From Mytilus californianus (lineage: Eukaryota), in the NCBI RefSeq assembly GCF_021869535.1, contig NW_026262679.1:55180001-55244000 (forward strand): DNA of 64,000 nt, read 5' to 3'. The stretch's first letter is position 1. Every line of letters starts with the position of its first letter. The notes under the pieces are model-generated. The model was not told the origin of the DNA. It made no database searches and worked only from the letters and a program-made list of their open reading frames with translations. Positions 11,047 through 23,349 of this stretch are shown here, piece after piece. The translations under genes were made by a program, and so were the position numbers.

Positions 11047-13179
11047 CACATTTCTTTAGATAATAACAATGAAACCTACCCCGAGGCTACATGTAGTTTT
11101 ACTTGTAAGCAAATCAACCCAAGAGCCTGTGTGCTTAAAGTATATATTCACTTTACTTTCTTTATACGACGTATACAGTAACTTCTGTTGAAACTTGATT
11201 TGAACTTTCCTCATCAGTAAATTATTCTGTGCATGAATTATAAAGTCTCTTTGAAAATGTTTATCATCAAACGGTACATGTCTATAGGTATATTTTTTCA
11301 GCAGAGACAAGTAACTGCGCGTCGGAGAAAACGGGCTGTCGAATGATAGGGCCGTCGGATTAGAGGATTGTTGAATTTTAGGACTCTCTCATCATAGGTC
11401 TAACCACAGAAATTTCTATGATTTGATAAAATTGCACCTGGTTTTTCCAATATATCACATTCGACCCGGCAAGACAATTTATTTTTATTTATGTATGTGT
11501 TATAATAATCAATCATGATAATAATCGATATGTAACCTCGGATTGATATTGATCGTTTATATTATGTGCCGGGTGTAACGTATCAAATACAGTTATATTT
11601 CAAGGACACAACACCCGGCCTGCAATACACTTATAATAAATGTCAATTCCTTATCTAATTACTTTATTATTTATAGCATTTATAATTTTGCCGAGGTCAA
11701 GTACGCTTTCACATTCTTGTGTTTACATTAATCATATGCGGTCTGGGAAATAGATGTATCTCTAGGTTATATTTCTTTTCACGGTTGTAATGGCGACCGC
11801 TACTACGACGACGCCTAGGAGTCGCATCACAGGCAAACTAAGGCAGATAATCGGAAAAACCTGTCTATAAATCTTGCCAGTACCGAGGCACTGACTACTT
11901 ATCTGATCAACAAAGTAAAACGTCAAATCACAACAGACATTCATAGAAAAGCGGATTAACAAAGTTATCTTTATATGCTGGTAATTTACGATAAACAGAA
12001 AATCCCGCTGATGTCTAGATATCGACAATAATTGTTAAGATTAAGTAAGACATTGTATATTACGACTCTGTAATTCTCTTCTTCTTCATTTCGATCAAGT
12101 GAAGAACTCTGAAAATGCAGAAAAGATATTTACGAGGAAACAACAGTCAACTATTGGCAACAATAGTTAATTGATATTCAAATCTCATTAATCCAATAAG
12201 TCATAATAAATCAGGTAAAAATCAAACACCGAAAGAATCACAAGAATTTCAAAACGAGAGAGACCGCGTGCGTCTAAAAAAGAGAAATCAATCGGAATCG
12301 CAAAAAATAAAAAATAATCTTGACGAAATAGTAACAGATGAGTTGACAGACTATGTGATTAAAGCCAGAAACCTGACAAGACTGTCGATGATAAAGTGAG
12401 ATGTCAAACTGATTGACTTAAGAATATAGTGTCATTAACTATTACACTAAGAATAGCTGCATAATATGTAATGCATATAACACTGTATGAATTGGACGCA
12501 TCTGAAGCACTTTTCTGGATTTAACATCATCAGAAACGCTAAAATGGTCAAAGTTGAAGATTATTTGAAGAAATACATGACTGTATATGGCTTAAAAGGA
12601 TATACAAATTGTATTTGTGTCGTTCTTATGTTTTACTGTGGATGCTGGTTTTGGAATAAAAGCAGGGGTTTCAGTATCTCTCACTTGATTTTGTTTATAT
12701 CAAAGAGTACACTTCTACAGCTGAGTATGCAAATTTCAATACGATGCATTTAGTAAAACAAAAGTATGAAATCATACCAATTTGAAATCAATCGTCTATT
12801 TAGAAAATAGTACAGTTTAAAAAATATAAATTTTTTGTGGCATAGTTACGGTAAACATGCACGAAATAGAACCCATTTTTATTGTTATTGTGATAAAGTA
12901 ACCTACAATTGTACATAGACAGGTGATACAATGTCATGTGTGTATGCACAAAATGTTTTTTTTTTATAATTTATATCAAAATTTTTTTTTTTAAATTTAT
13001 ATCAATATAAACCATCTGAAATGTTGGTCAAACACTGTAATACAATCTTTGAATATTGTCTTTATCGGTACAGGCGTTGATTTTGTTATGACTGAATAAA
13101 AACATGACTTAATAATATTGCTATGCAGCTATGAACATTAACGATCCTATATTCTACCGATGCTGAAATTTTGGCTTTG

Positions 13180-13625
13180 CACATGATCATGTTTTTCTCT
13201 GTCTTTTCATGAAGTCGTTACACTAGATCCAGTGGATGTCTCGTGATTCATTTATAGTCATGGATGCATGATGTTTTATTAGTGATTATTGGCTTTGAAC
13301 TAGCTTTCAGAGACTTTAAGTACTCTCAGATATGTACATTCTTTCTGAAGTCTTTTTGTTAGTCTAATACGGCAAGCGTTTTTGATCTGATTTTTATAGT
13401 ATATTTTTATGTTGTGCTGTTACACCACTGTCCCAGGTAAAGGGGGATGTTGACCCCTGTAAACCTATTTAACATTCTGTATGTGCCTGTCCTACATCAG
13501 GAGCCTGTAAAATTGTTGAAAGTTGTACTGTGACTTATAGTTGCTATCTCTAACGACATTTGGTTTCAGGTCCAAAGTTGTCTTATGGGCAATCACTCTA
13601 ATCTTCTTATTTTCATATTGTTAAA
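13180..13625 (+). mobile_element. Non-autonomous repeat with shared ttgtctcattggcaatca...catctt-type 3' tail
   Basis: gtgcctgtcc...caggagcctgta block shared with the 3' UTR of the 3148-4600 element; similar to 45760-46200. Confidence 0.55.
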
Positions 13626-14349
13626 ACATGACCAAGTAGACTTTTCACAGAATGTCTTTTTTTATAATTTATTACTCCAATCTGCTACCATAACTAGCTT
13701 GCAATATCTAAATAAACCAATTTCTACAACAACAAAAAACACAAATCATCGGTCTATAAAAAAGAGAATGACAATGCTGTTATATGACTAGACTAGACAG
13801 TTTTTAATTAGATATTGGAATTATCTTGGGAATTCAGATAAGTCCTATGTATCATATTCATGTTCACTGTGATACTATCTAACTATGTCAATAGGTGATA
13901 AATTTACTTGTATGATAAAGAAGGAATAATTTCACGACAGAAAATGTTTGCCTGTTAATTTCATATACACACTGAGGTAGTTCGAGCCTCAGCTCTTATT
14001 CCGTAAATTTCTATTTGATTTATTTCAGTCCAATTACACTTGTTTGATGTCTGATGGTAATTGTGCCATTTTGGCTATGTCTATGTATTTCACTTCCGTT
14101 TCAATATTTGGAATATGTTATTACATATCATATTACATTTTACTGATATAGTTATAAAACCCGTACATTTATATTCGATTTGTGTGCACTAATCGATCCT
14201 TTGAATAAACTTATCTTGAACGGTTATAAATTAAACTATGTAGTAATATTTTCGAATATTGTCTTCACCTATAATGGTTTATTTTTTACAAATTGTGACT
14301 TGGAGAGTTTGGCACTCATACCACATCTTCTTATATCTATTCATCGGTA

Positions 14350-14625
14350 CTAAAAAGTAAAATAACATATATACCGAACTCCAAGGGAAATCCAAAACGG
14401 AGAGTCCCTTATCAAATGGCAAAATCAAAAGCTCAAACACCTCTAACGAATGGAAAACAACTGTCATATTCCTGACTTGGTACAGGCATTTCCTAATGTT
14501 GAAAATGGTGGATTAAACCTGGTTTTATAGCTAGCTAAACCTCTCACTTGTATGACAGTCGCATATAATTCCATTACAATGACAACAATATGTGAGCAAA
14601 ACAAACAGACATAATAGGTAAAAAC
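14350..14625 (-). mobile_element. Family B 3'-end fragment (ccgaactcc module)
   Basis: Matches 30577-30860, the terminal part of the RT-bearing copy; abuts a plus-strand tail at 14260-14340. Confidence 0.8.
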
Positions 14626-14824
14626 TAACATTGATTTTCTTTAATAAATTGAAATACATACATTTGTACTTTTATATGTACAGCTGTACATGCATAAACA
14701 CTCAGTTAGTCCTACATCCTGTCGATACTGATAGTTTGTCATTCAAACCATTTATTCGGGCCCGCTCACATTGAACATATAAGACAGTAGTACATATTTA
14801 AAAGAAGTAATTCATAAACGACAT

Positions 14825-15195
14825 CACAAGTCGACCATGGTTGACCGTTGTTATGGAATATCTGTCTCTTAGATGACTAAGGATGTTTTTCAATCGTATT
14901 TACCACAATCCCGTCCTCTTTCCTCGAATGTGACCTAACTAATTAGACTAATCACTGGTTATTTACGTACACGAGTAAAACGATGGGTACCATATGTTGA
15001 GCCGCATTTGCCTACCCTTCCGAAGTACCTAAGGTCACCCCGGTTTTAAGTGGGGTTTGTGTTGCTCAATCTTTATTTTTCTGTGTTGTGTTTTGTATAC
15101 TGTTGTTTTTATTTTAATCATTTTTCGTTTTTTGGTATGGTATTGTTATTTTGTTTCGACTTATGAGTTCAAATATCCCTTTTCTATCTTTCGAC
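14825..15195 (+). mobile_element. Family A 3' end including the last RT codons
   Basis: catcac...ttgaccgtt..tatggaatatctgt (HH.LVDRYGIS-like) followed by the same 3' UTR start as 16930-17050. Confidence 0.7.
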
Positions 15196-15540
15196 TCTTA
15201 TTCGAACTTTGACTGCTTAACTTTAATCTCTTGTAAAACCTGTTAAAACTGTTAAAATAGTTCACACTTGTTTTAAATTGTTATATTTCATTTAATAAAA
15301 TTTCGATGTAAATCTGATTTGTTTACTACTAGTAACTTGGAATAATTATTGAGAAATGCTTTGGTCTGTTATTGAAAAAGGGCGTTCACTATAATATTAT
15401 AAACCATGATACTGCTTTAAGTTGGATTTGTTACGGTAGATTACCATAATCCGAACAAAACATATTTTATTTTGTGTTGTGATCAATGATCAAATAAACT
15501 CATCATAGATACATTGTACCAGGAGTGAAATTTTGTATTT

Positions 15541-15584
15541 GCGCAAGACGCGCGTTTCGTCTACAAAAGACTCATCAGTGACGC
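15541..15584 (-). ncRNA. Minimal type I hammerhead ribozyme, family F2, core intact
   Basis: gcgtca-CTGATGA-gtct(tttgt)agac-GAAA-c(gcgc)g-TC^-ttgcgc: palindromic stem III (acgcgcgt), GUC triplet, one mismatch in stem I. Lies in a repeat relic at ~15485-15645. Confidence 0.8.
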
Positions 15585-16684
15585 TCGATTAAAAAAAGGT
15601 TAAAATGGCCAAATAAAGTACAAAGTTGAAGACATACCCTCAACTACGAGCAGTGTACTTATAATACCCACATCCTTTCACATATCTTAATTCTATGTAT
15701 ATATATGAATTTAGTTACAAAAGTAGAAGAAGAAAAAAAGGAAAACCCTTGTAATGTAGGATAGACGGAGGTGGACATATGACACGGAAAATAGTCACTA
15801 AGTGTCTTTTTTTTATTTTTGTCGTTGTGTTACTGTTCATTTTACGAGTGGAATATCCCAAATCTCTTCACAATTTTACTAGAAAAATCAAAAATGATAC
15901 ACTGAGTCACCGTTATGACCAATCTATTCGTGATAGCTTGAAGACATTAATTTATTTGTTGTTTAATAAAGCTGAACTTTGTTTTTTGTACACTCAGTTT
16001 GTTTTGACTTTCCAAATGTTTGGCCTCTAGCATACCTTATAAAGGATATTCAAGATACACAAGATGCGCGCAGGGAAATCAATATTATTACGTTTACATG
16101 ATCTAAGAATAATATAACTCTGGTAGAATTAGAAGCTGATAAAACTTATTGCAGAGCCAGTATTAATGGACTTACCTAGATCTAACCCAAGCTCATTATT
16201 TGAAAAATAGTCAATATTTAGTTCATAAGAACTGATAAAATACAAAAAAAATGAGTTTACCTTTATGTTTCTATATTTGAAAAAGAAAATGCACCACATT
16301 GTATCAGAATTTCTATACTTCCTCAATAAACTAGATATCTTCCTTGTGCACATCTGTTTAATATATAAGTTGTAAGTGAATTGATTCTTCCCGATTTGTT
16401 TGATTTTCAGGATTACACAGTCGTTTCAGTTTACATTAAGAATAATTACACACTTTTCGCTGAATCTCCTAGGTGACATAACATGTTTTTCACATACTTG
16501 TTATGCATTTATCTTTGATTAGGCCATCAAAGACTGCAATGGAATTCACTGATCAAATAGTTTATTTCTGTTTGCGTTTTACTTCCTTTTGTAGACTTTT
16601 CAGTAATGCTACTGGGCAAAATTAGCCAAAATAAAGTCCCGTACATCCCAAAAATGTAGTCTATTTATATGATTTACATACATA

Positions 16685-17050
16685 TGATTGAAAATAAAAC
16701 TGTACGACAAAAGAGACTTCCCAATTGTGAAACTTCTATTTCTATGTAGCAACATTCCAGCCGCGCCTGCATACGGAGTTTATATCTCCCAGTTGATACG
16801 ATATTCCAGAGTTTATATTTCCTATCATGATTTACTTGATAGAGGGTTGCTGCTCACAAGGAAGCTATTACACCAAGAGTTTTAAGTGAAGAAGTTAAAG
16901 TCATCCCTTCGTAAATTTTACGCACGCCATCACTAGTTGGTTGACCCTTATGGAGTATCCGCTTCACAGGTGACAACGGATATGTTCGAATTGTCGTAAC
17001 TATAATCCCGTCCCCTTTTCCCCGAATGTGACCTACCGAATTAGACCTAT
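16685..17050 (+). pseudogene. PLE-like RT C-terminal fragment plus start of family A 3' UTR
   Basis: KLYDKRDFPIV..SNIPAAPAYGVYISQLIRYSR..LLTRKLL, then KLKSSLRKFY.RHH.LVD.YG. Confidence 0.88.
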
Positions 17051-17568
17051 GGAGTAGAAGGTTTGTAACTGCTGAGAAAAGGGAAGTTGAAAATAATTGA
17101 ATAATTGAAATCATCCCATTTGTTATAGATTCTAGTTTGAAGTTGACCATCTGTGTCCATATCGAGAAAAAGATCAGGAAAAGAAGCAGACCCTCTACCT
17201 TTGGTTGTATCCTTTATCTCAAGTCCATTGAGATATATGAGATGTAAGCACTCACATGAAATTTTAGCTACTAAGTGACAGAACATCATCAATATATCTG
17301 AACGTGAAATTAAAGAACCTTGCAAGTTGATTTTTCTTTTTGTCTTTGAGAAGGACCTGTCATTGTATGAATTCTGCTTCATATGAGTACAAAAACAAGT
17401 CGCCCAGTATTGGTAAACAATAAGTACCCATTGGCATACAGACTGTCTTCTGAAATATCAATCCCTGATAATATGTTGTCGATCAAAAAGTCCAGCATTT
17501 TGATGATATCATTTTCGGTGTATTAGTTGTGGTGATAATCGTGGTAAGATTAAAACAAGATATTTGTA
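17051..17568 (-). pseudogene. PLE-like RT fragment of a different subfamily, convergent with the preceding one
   Basis: TENDIIKMLDFLIDNI ... LEIKDTT..SASF.DL.L....L.TRIYNK.DDFN..NFPFLSS..PSTP, with frameshifts. Confidence 0.85.
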
Positions 17569-19047
17569 AACCAAGAATTTAGGATACTTTTGAGTGGCGC
17601 TAAACTTGTGTTATGCGTGGTATGTACTCATCTGAATTACAAACTTTGTATACAAAGTTATTTAAAATTTTCAAAGATTTTATATAAGAGTAGAGTGACA
17701 TCATGTATACATCTGTTCATGGCCCCACCTTACACTCGATTATATAATCCACCATTTGAATAACATGTTTGTTTGTCAAGTCATCTAAATATGTACGGCG
17801 CATCTTTCAGCAAGGACAGTAGTCAACAATAACGTATTCTCATCGTGCAAAATGAATGCAAAGTTACATATTCGGAATCCGAATAACAGTATAATGTTAC
17901 TGAAACATGCAAATTCTGTACTACAGATTATGACTTAGTCCTTTAGGAATCAAGCACTTTTTTTTAATATCGTCATGAAATCTGCTTTCATCGGAGTAAA
18001 ATTAATGATTATATTTTAATATGCAATCATTCACCCTACTACAAGCCCTCAAATGTTATTTTGTATCATTAGACAATAAAAATATACACGTTGACAGTGT
18101 TATTTGATATGACTTTCGATCAACATTTCTGTTACAGTAATATCGAATTGCTTTACAATTCTGTCACTGTTGTTTTCGTTCTGAATATGCATGGAATTTT
18201 TAGAATATTGAACGTTAAGCTAACAAGAATCAATCAACGAACTACGCAATAATCGTTGCCCAGTTTTTTTGTAATAACATTTGTTTTAATATATATTTTC
18301 TATATATGTGCAGGCGGTTAATTCTATGACATGTTAAAGAAAATCAACCGATTATCGCTGTTCCCTTTTTGTGGACAATCAACATTTATTTATAGAGGAA
18401 TAATCCTACAATACCAATTTGTTTCGATTAAGACATTGTGTCTCCTTTTATCGTATCTTTCCAAACGTGAAAAATGAGGTCTTGAATGTTGAAATTTTGA
18501 CAACTGTCTCTTCCCATTTTTATTATTCATTAGGTCAACTTTAAGTATGTATTTTATACTCATAAATCCTCGCATTTCTAATAATCGAGCTTGGAATTCA
18601 AAGTCGCACATGTACATCGTAACTTTGTACGTTTAACTTACATTTACATCTGCTTTCAAGTTTTCAGATTTGATTTTGTTATACATATTACGGCCAGTTG
18701 AATGATTGATGTAAGTTACACTATAAAAGTGCATCGCAGGCGATAAATATGTTCATCTGTGTTAAATGTTTTATTCCAATGGATTACTAAGGACAATTTG
18801 AACATCAAGATTTATTAAGGCCATAGTTCTCCGTGTTAACGAGAATGTACCTGATATCATCTCACTTAGAAATATAGCATATCTATCTATGAACATTCAT
18901 TTGTCTTAACAAAATACATCTGAGTTTTAATTTTATACGCAGTATCATTTGCCTTAAATCAATGACTGTTATTTGTAGATTATTTCTTAAACATATCATG
19001 TTATGTCAGGACTCGAGGGGTTATACTATGAACGGTACTAATTTTTC

Positions 19048-19091
19048 GCACCAGATACGCATTTCTACAATTAATGTTTCTTCGGCGATGC
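19048..19091 (-). repeat. Degenerate F1 hammerhead (paralog of 23350-23393)
   Basis: ccgaaga-aac attaatt gta-gaaa-tgcgtatc-tggtg: U4 changed to C and stem II broken. Confidence 0.7.
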
Positions 19092-19341
19092 TTGAGGCCA
19101 AATTAGTTAAAAGTCTGAAATGTTATACAAACACTGTGAAAATGGTAAAACCAAGAAGAAACAAAATTGATGTAAAAGTAAAGTAAAGTTAAAAGGGTAA
19201 GTTAATGATTTCATTGTATTTCATAGAATGAATATGCTGTATCAACATTTACCTTACTAGTTTTAAGTTCATTCACTTTTAAATATTCGAATGTAAATTC
19301 ATTTGAATCGTCTATATATATATATATAAATATATAATAGA

Positions 19342-19507
19342 GCCTAGGTGGTCGAGTGGTCTAGCGCGTCGGACATAGTGCAAGGCGATTTGGCGCCACG
19401 ATATCTCAGTAGCATGAGTTCAAATCCCAGCCAGGGAAGAACAAAAAAATTTGCTTCCGTAAATTTACAGATGTAACATTATTGGGCTGTTGTTTAGACG
19501 AATTATA
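19342..19507 (+). mobile_element. Short tRNA-derived SINE inserted in a TA tract
   Basis: A box tggtcgagtgg and B box gagttcaaatcc with long spacing; near-identical inverted copy at 22321-22483. Confidence 0.8.
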
Positions 19508-21298
19508 TAGATTTTTGTGTTTATTTTGATGTTTATTTCATTTCAAATATATAATTCTGTGCAATGTTTCGAATTATTTGTACATTGTATGACCTCCTAA
19601 GAGTTAAGTCCCAAAATTTTATACTATCTTCATAAAAATCCTGAATATTTTCAAGACTTTCTTAGTCAAGGTTAATATTATCTTCCTTGTTTATCTGACA
19701 CACTGTTTATTGTGAACCAAAATTAATGTTTTATTTTAGGGGTAGGAGTTTCCAATTCTAATCATACTCAGTTATTAGATTTTATACCCATGGAGCTTTT
19801 AAAGCTATACTATAACTTTTTATATCAATAATTATATATATTTCACTCTTTTTTATGATCAATGTTTTAAAAATCTTATCGGGTTTACCTTGCGAACTTA
19901 ATTAACCACAGTTGTTTTCCATTCCTTCAAATCTTGTTATGACCATATCGATGATAATTCATTTCAACATGTTGATTATGATTTGTTTATAGTAAAAAGA
20001 TGGGTTTTGGTTAATTTATATTTTGAAGTTTTATGTTGTTTTTGGTTTTGGTTTTTTCATGCAGTTTAGCAAGTTGTTTATCTGGGAGATTTATAAAATG
20101 CTCTTGTGTATCCATGTATGGTTTTTACCAAAAACACTTCTTCTCCAACTTGCAGAAAAAAGAGGGGGGGGGGGGGGTCAAAATTCTCTATGATGTTTTA
20201 ATGCATGTTGAACTACTGTACTTTATATTCATTGAACTACCTTGGATTAAAATAAGAGATGTAGATCAGAACATTGGTATTTGGGTAGATATAATAAATT
20301 TAAGTCTCATATTGGTCACTGTCATTATCCATATGCAGTTTTCATCAGATAACGCACTATATATAATTACAAGTCTAGGTTGAGCTTGATTTCAGGGAAA
20401 TAGTGTTTGGACAAACGCTTTATGCGGTTTTTGTTTGGTTAAAACATGTAGAAAGAGATCACAAAATAACATTAAGTAAAGCAGAAATCAATATAGCAAA
20501 TATGGTTTTGTTATAGGTTTAGAACCAGTAATTCGGGGCCGGTCACAAAGAAAATACAAAAAGTAGTCTTATTTTTAATAAAATATTTCTTACGCATACA
20601 TGTATCTATAACTTTGTCAAAGGTAACACATTTGGGTAACTGTGGTATCAAATGAAAGCTTTAGGACTTTGATCACTGTAGAACCCTTGTTGAAAGTTTC
20701 CCTTGAATAATAAAACACATGCATGACATTAAAATATCAGAGTATATTGCTCTGATGCTCAGATTAGGAGTACATGTTTTTGTACTACCAAACTTCCGGG
20801 AACCAGTTCACTCTTACATGTATTTAATGGTATGTATATTTTAGCATGAGTTGAAAAAGGCATAGATTTGACATGAAATGACTGTCACTTTATTTTGACT
20901 TAAGACAAAATAGCTATGGGTTCTTGGAATTGCAGAATTAAACATAGAAAGCAACGGGCCATGAACTATTGGTTTAGTCCTTGACCTTATTTGAACTATG
21001 ATTACTTAGTTTAAAGTTCTTCTACAAGCCCTCAAACGTTATGTTGTATCATTAGACGATTGAAATATACGTGTTGACAATGTAATTTGATATGACATTC
21101 GATCAACGTTTCTGTGTCTGTGGTTTCGCATTACTTAAAAAGATTCTGTCACTGTTGTTTTCGTTCTGAATACGCATGGATAGAAGCTGCTGGAAGTTAA
21201 GCTACTTAGAATCAATCAACGAACTGAGCAATAATCGTTGCTCACTCAAATGTTAAAAAATTTGTTTTGATTTATATTTTATAATATAAATATATATA

Positions 21299-21397
21299 CA
21301 GTCGAACCTCGTTGTGTCGAACTCGGTTGTGTCGAAAACTCGGATGAGTCGAAGTAATTTCTCGGTCCCGGTAAAATTCCCGTTTGATCAATGCATA
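21299..21397 (+). mobile_element. Left end of a Tc1/pogo-like MITE (truncated)
   Basis: ta|CAGTCGAACCTCG followed by repeated gtcgaa subterminal motifs; no right TIR found. Confidence 0.55.
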
Positions 21398-22288
21398 TGT
21401 ACTAAAACCTTTGCACCTTTTGATTGCGGTATACCATCTTTTCCGCAAGTTTATTGTTTTCTGTTTAGTATTAAATATATAATTAAGATCCATTTATTAC
21501 ATCGGTGATCCGTTTATTTGGCAATCGCCAATGGCAATCAGCAGGGTTTAAGAACATTTGTTGTTCGACCTGTTAGTCAAATGCGTTATGTTAAAATATA
21601 CTTTTTCACTTTTTTGTCTTTTGGAAAATGTTGTTTGTGCTGTATTTAGACCCCTCTAACAAGAAATTTGTTTAGCATGCACACGTATAAAAATTGCGGT
21701 TTTTATCCAACGCAATCATAGGTTTGAACGTTGTTTACAATTTAGACTTGTTTATATTTTTTCGTTTGGGCTTGTATTATATTTGCCTTTGGGTTTATAT
21801 GATCCGTTCATCCTGTTTTGACTCCTCAAAATTCAAGAGTCTATCCTAAATTGAGGTAAATTGTATGGCTTTCCAAATACCGTTTCGATTCCTAACATCA
21901 CTGAAGAGACATCAATTGTCGAAATCCGGATATGGTGTACAAAAACCTTTGCACCGTTTGTTTGCGGTATATCATCTTTTCCGCAAGTTTATTGTTTTCT
22001 GTTTAGTATTAAATTTATAATTAAGATCCATTTATTACATCGGTGATCCTTTTATTTGGCAATCGCCAATGGCAGTCAGCAGGGTTTAAGAACATTTGTT
22101 GTTCGACCTGTTAGTCAAATGCGTTTTGTTAAAATATACTTTTTCACTTTTTTGGTCTTTTGGAAAATGTTGTTTGTGCTGTATTTAGACCCCTCTAACA
22201 AGAAATTTGTTTTGCATGCACACGTATAAAAATTGCGGTTTTTATCCAACGCAATCATAGGTTTGAACGTTGTTTACAATTTAGACTT

Positions 22289-22295
<7 letters not shown>
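21398..22295 (+). mobile_element. Hammerhead-containing tandem repeat (538-bp unit, ~1.67 copies), retrozyme-like
   Basis: aaaacctttgcacc at 21404 and 21942; the copies differ at only a few positions; ends in (TA)n. Confidence 0.8.
21895..21938 (+). ncRNA. Minimal type I hammerhead ribozyme, family F1, fully intact
   Basis: acatca-CTGAAGA-gaca(tcaat)tgtc-GAAA-t(ccgg)a-TA^-tggtgt: 6-bp stem I, 4-bp stem II, palindromic stem III atccggat, AUA triplet; predicted cut 21932/21933. Confidence 0.85.
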
Positions 22296-22320
<25 letters not shown>

Positions 22321-22323
<3 letters not shown>

Positions 22324-22483
22324 ACTCGTCTAAACATCAGCCCAACAATGTTAGATCTGTAAATTTGCTTTCGCAAATGTTTTGTTCTTCCCTCGCCGGG
22401 ATTCGAACTCATGCTACTGAGATATCGTGACACCAAATCGCCTGCACTGTATCCGACGCGCTAGACCACTCGACCACCTAGGC
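22321..22483 (-). mobile_element. Short tRNA-derived SINE between two (TA)n tracts
   Basis: Reverse complement of 19342-19507 with canonical B box gagttcgaatccc. Confidence 0.85.
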
Positions 22484-23349
22484 TTCATTATTACATATAT
22501 ATATATATATATATAGATATATATTCCAGAGGTTAATTCTATGACATTTTAATGAAACGCATCCAGCTATCGCTGTTCACTCTTTTTGAACAATCCGCCT
22601 TTCTTAACACATGAACAATCCATGAAATATCGAGAGGTAGTAATTATGTAAGACATTCTTGCAGTTTTGATCGCGTCTCCATTTTAATATCTTTCCAAAC
22701 ATGACAAACATGAAAAATGACGCCTTGAATTTTGACAACCGTCTCTACTCATAAATTAGGATATTTTCCTTAAAATTTATAAGTATGCAGGATCTTCTGC
22801 AATATCTCGACATATCGAATATATTATGTATCCTCGCCTTTCTAATTATAGATTTTCAGATAAACTGCACAGACATGTTAATGGCATTGAAACTCGTACA
22901 TGTACATCGTTGTATTTTTAGGAAGACTTTGTTACGTTTAACTCAGAGGGATGACCGTTTCCTTTGCTTTCAAGTTTTCGGATTTGATCTCGTTAAACAT
23001 TTTACGCCCATTAGCATAATTGATATTGGTTATACAACAAAAGTGCATCGTAGGCGATTAATATGTTTATCCGTGTTTATCTTATTATTGGTGTCATCAG
23101 GACTATTTGAACATTAATGTATTTACGGTGATGTTAACCGTGTTAACGAGAATGTACCTAATATCATCTTACCAAATATATCATATTTATCTTAGTATGA
23201 AAATTTATTTGTCTAAAAAACTGAGTTTTTGTATTATACGCAGCATCATTTTACCTTAAATCAATTACTGTTATTTGTAGATTATTTCTTCAACATATCA
23301 TTTTATGTCAGGACTTAGGGAGTTATAATATGAACGGTACTAATTTTTC

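Larger units (their letters stand above)
18035..19700. repeat. Local duplication, copy A (paralogous to 21020-24090 and partly to 33830-34330)
   Basis: Collinear shared anchors such as ctacaagccctcaaa, gttaattctatgaca, aaagtgcatcg.aggcgat, atgaacggtactaatttttcgcacc and atcttcataaaaatc. Confidence 0.8.

Noticed and set aside
14279-14467. Recurring small ORFs such as MTVVFHS..LLILPFDK (also 25078, 40776, 42005, 61688)
   Set aside because: Chance frames within PLE 3' UTR repeats.
18962-19186. ORF with MNGTNFS..NVSS resembling a GPCR N-terminus, conserved in the duplicate at ~23330
   Set aside because: It is the antisense strand of the F1 hammerhead repeat, and the paralog stops early.
19342-19440. 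Possible Ser/Leu tRNA gene
   Set aside because: No complete cloverleaf; carries a SINE body and tail and has a second dispersed copy.
20160-20180. Poly-G/C runs (also ~11020, ~37380) as G-quadruplexes
   Set aside because: Simple homopolymers with no supporting context.
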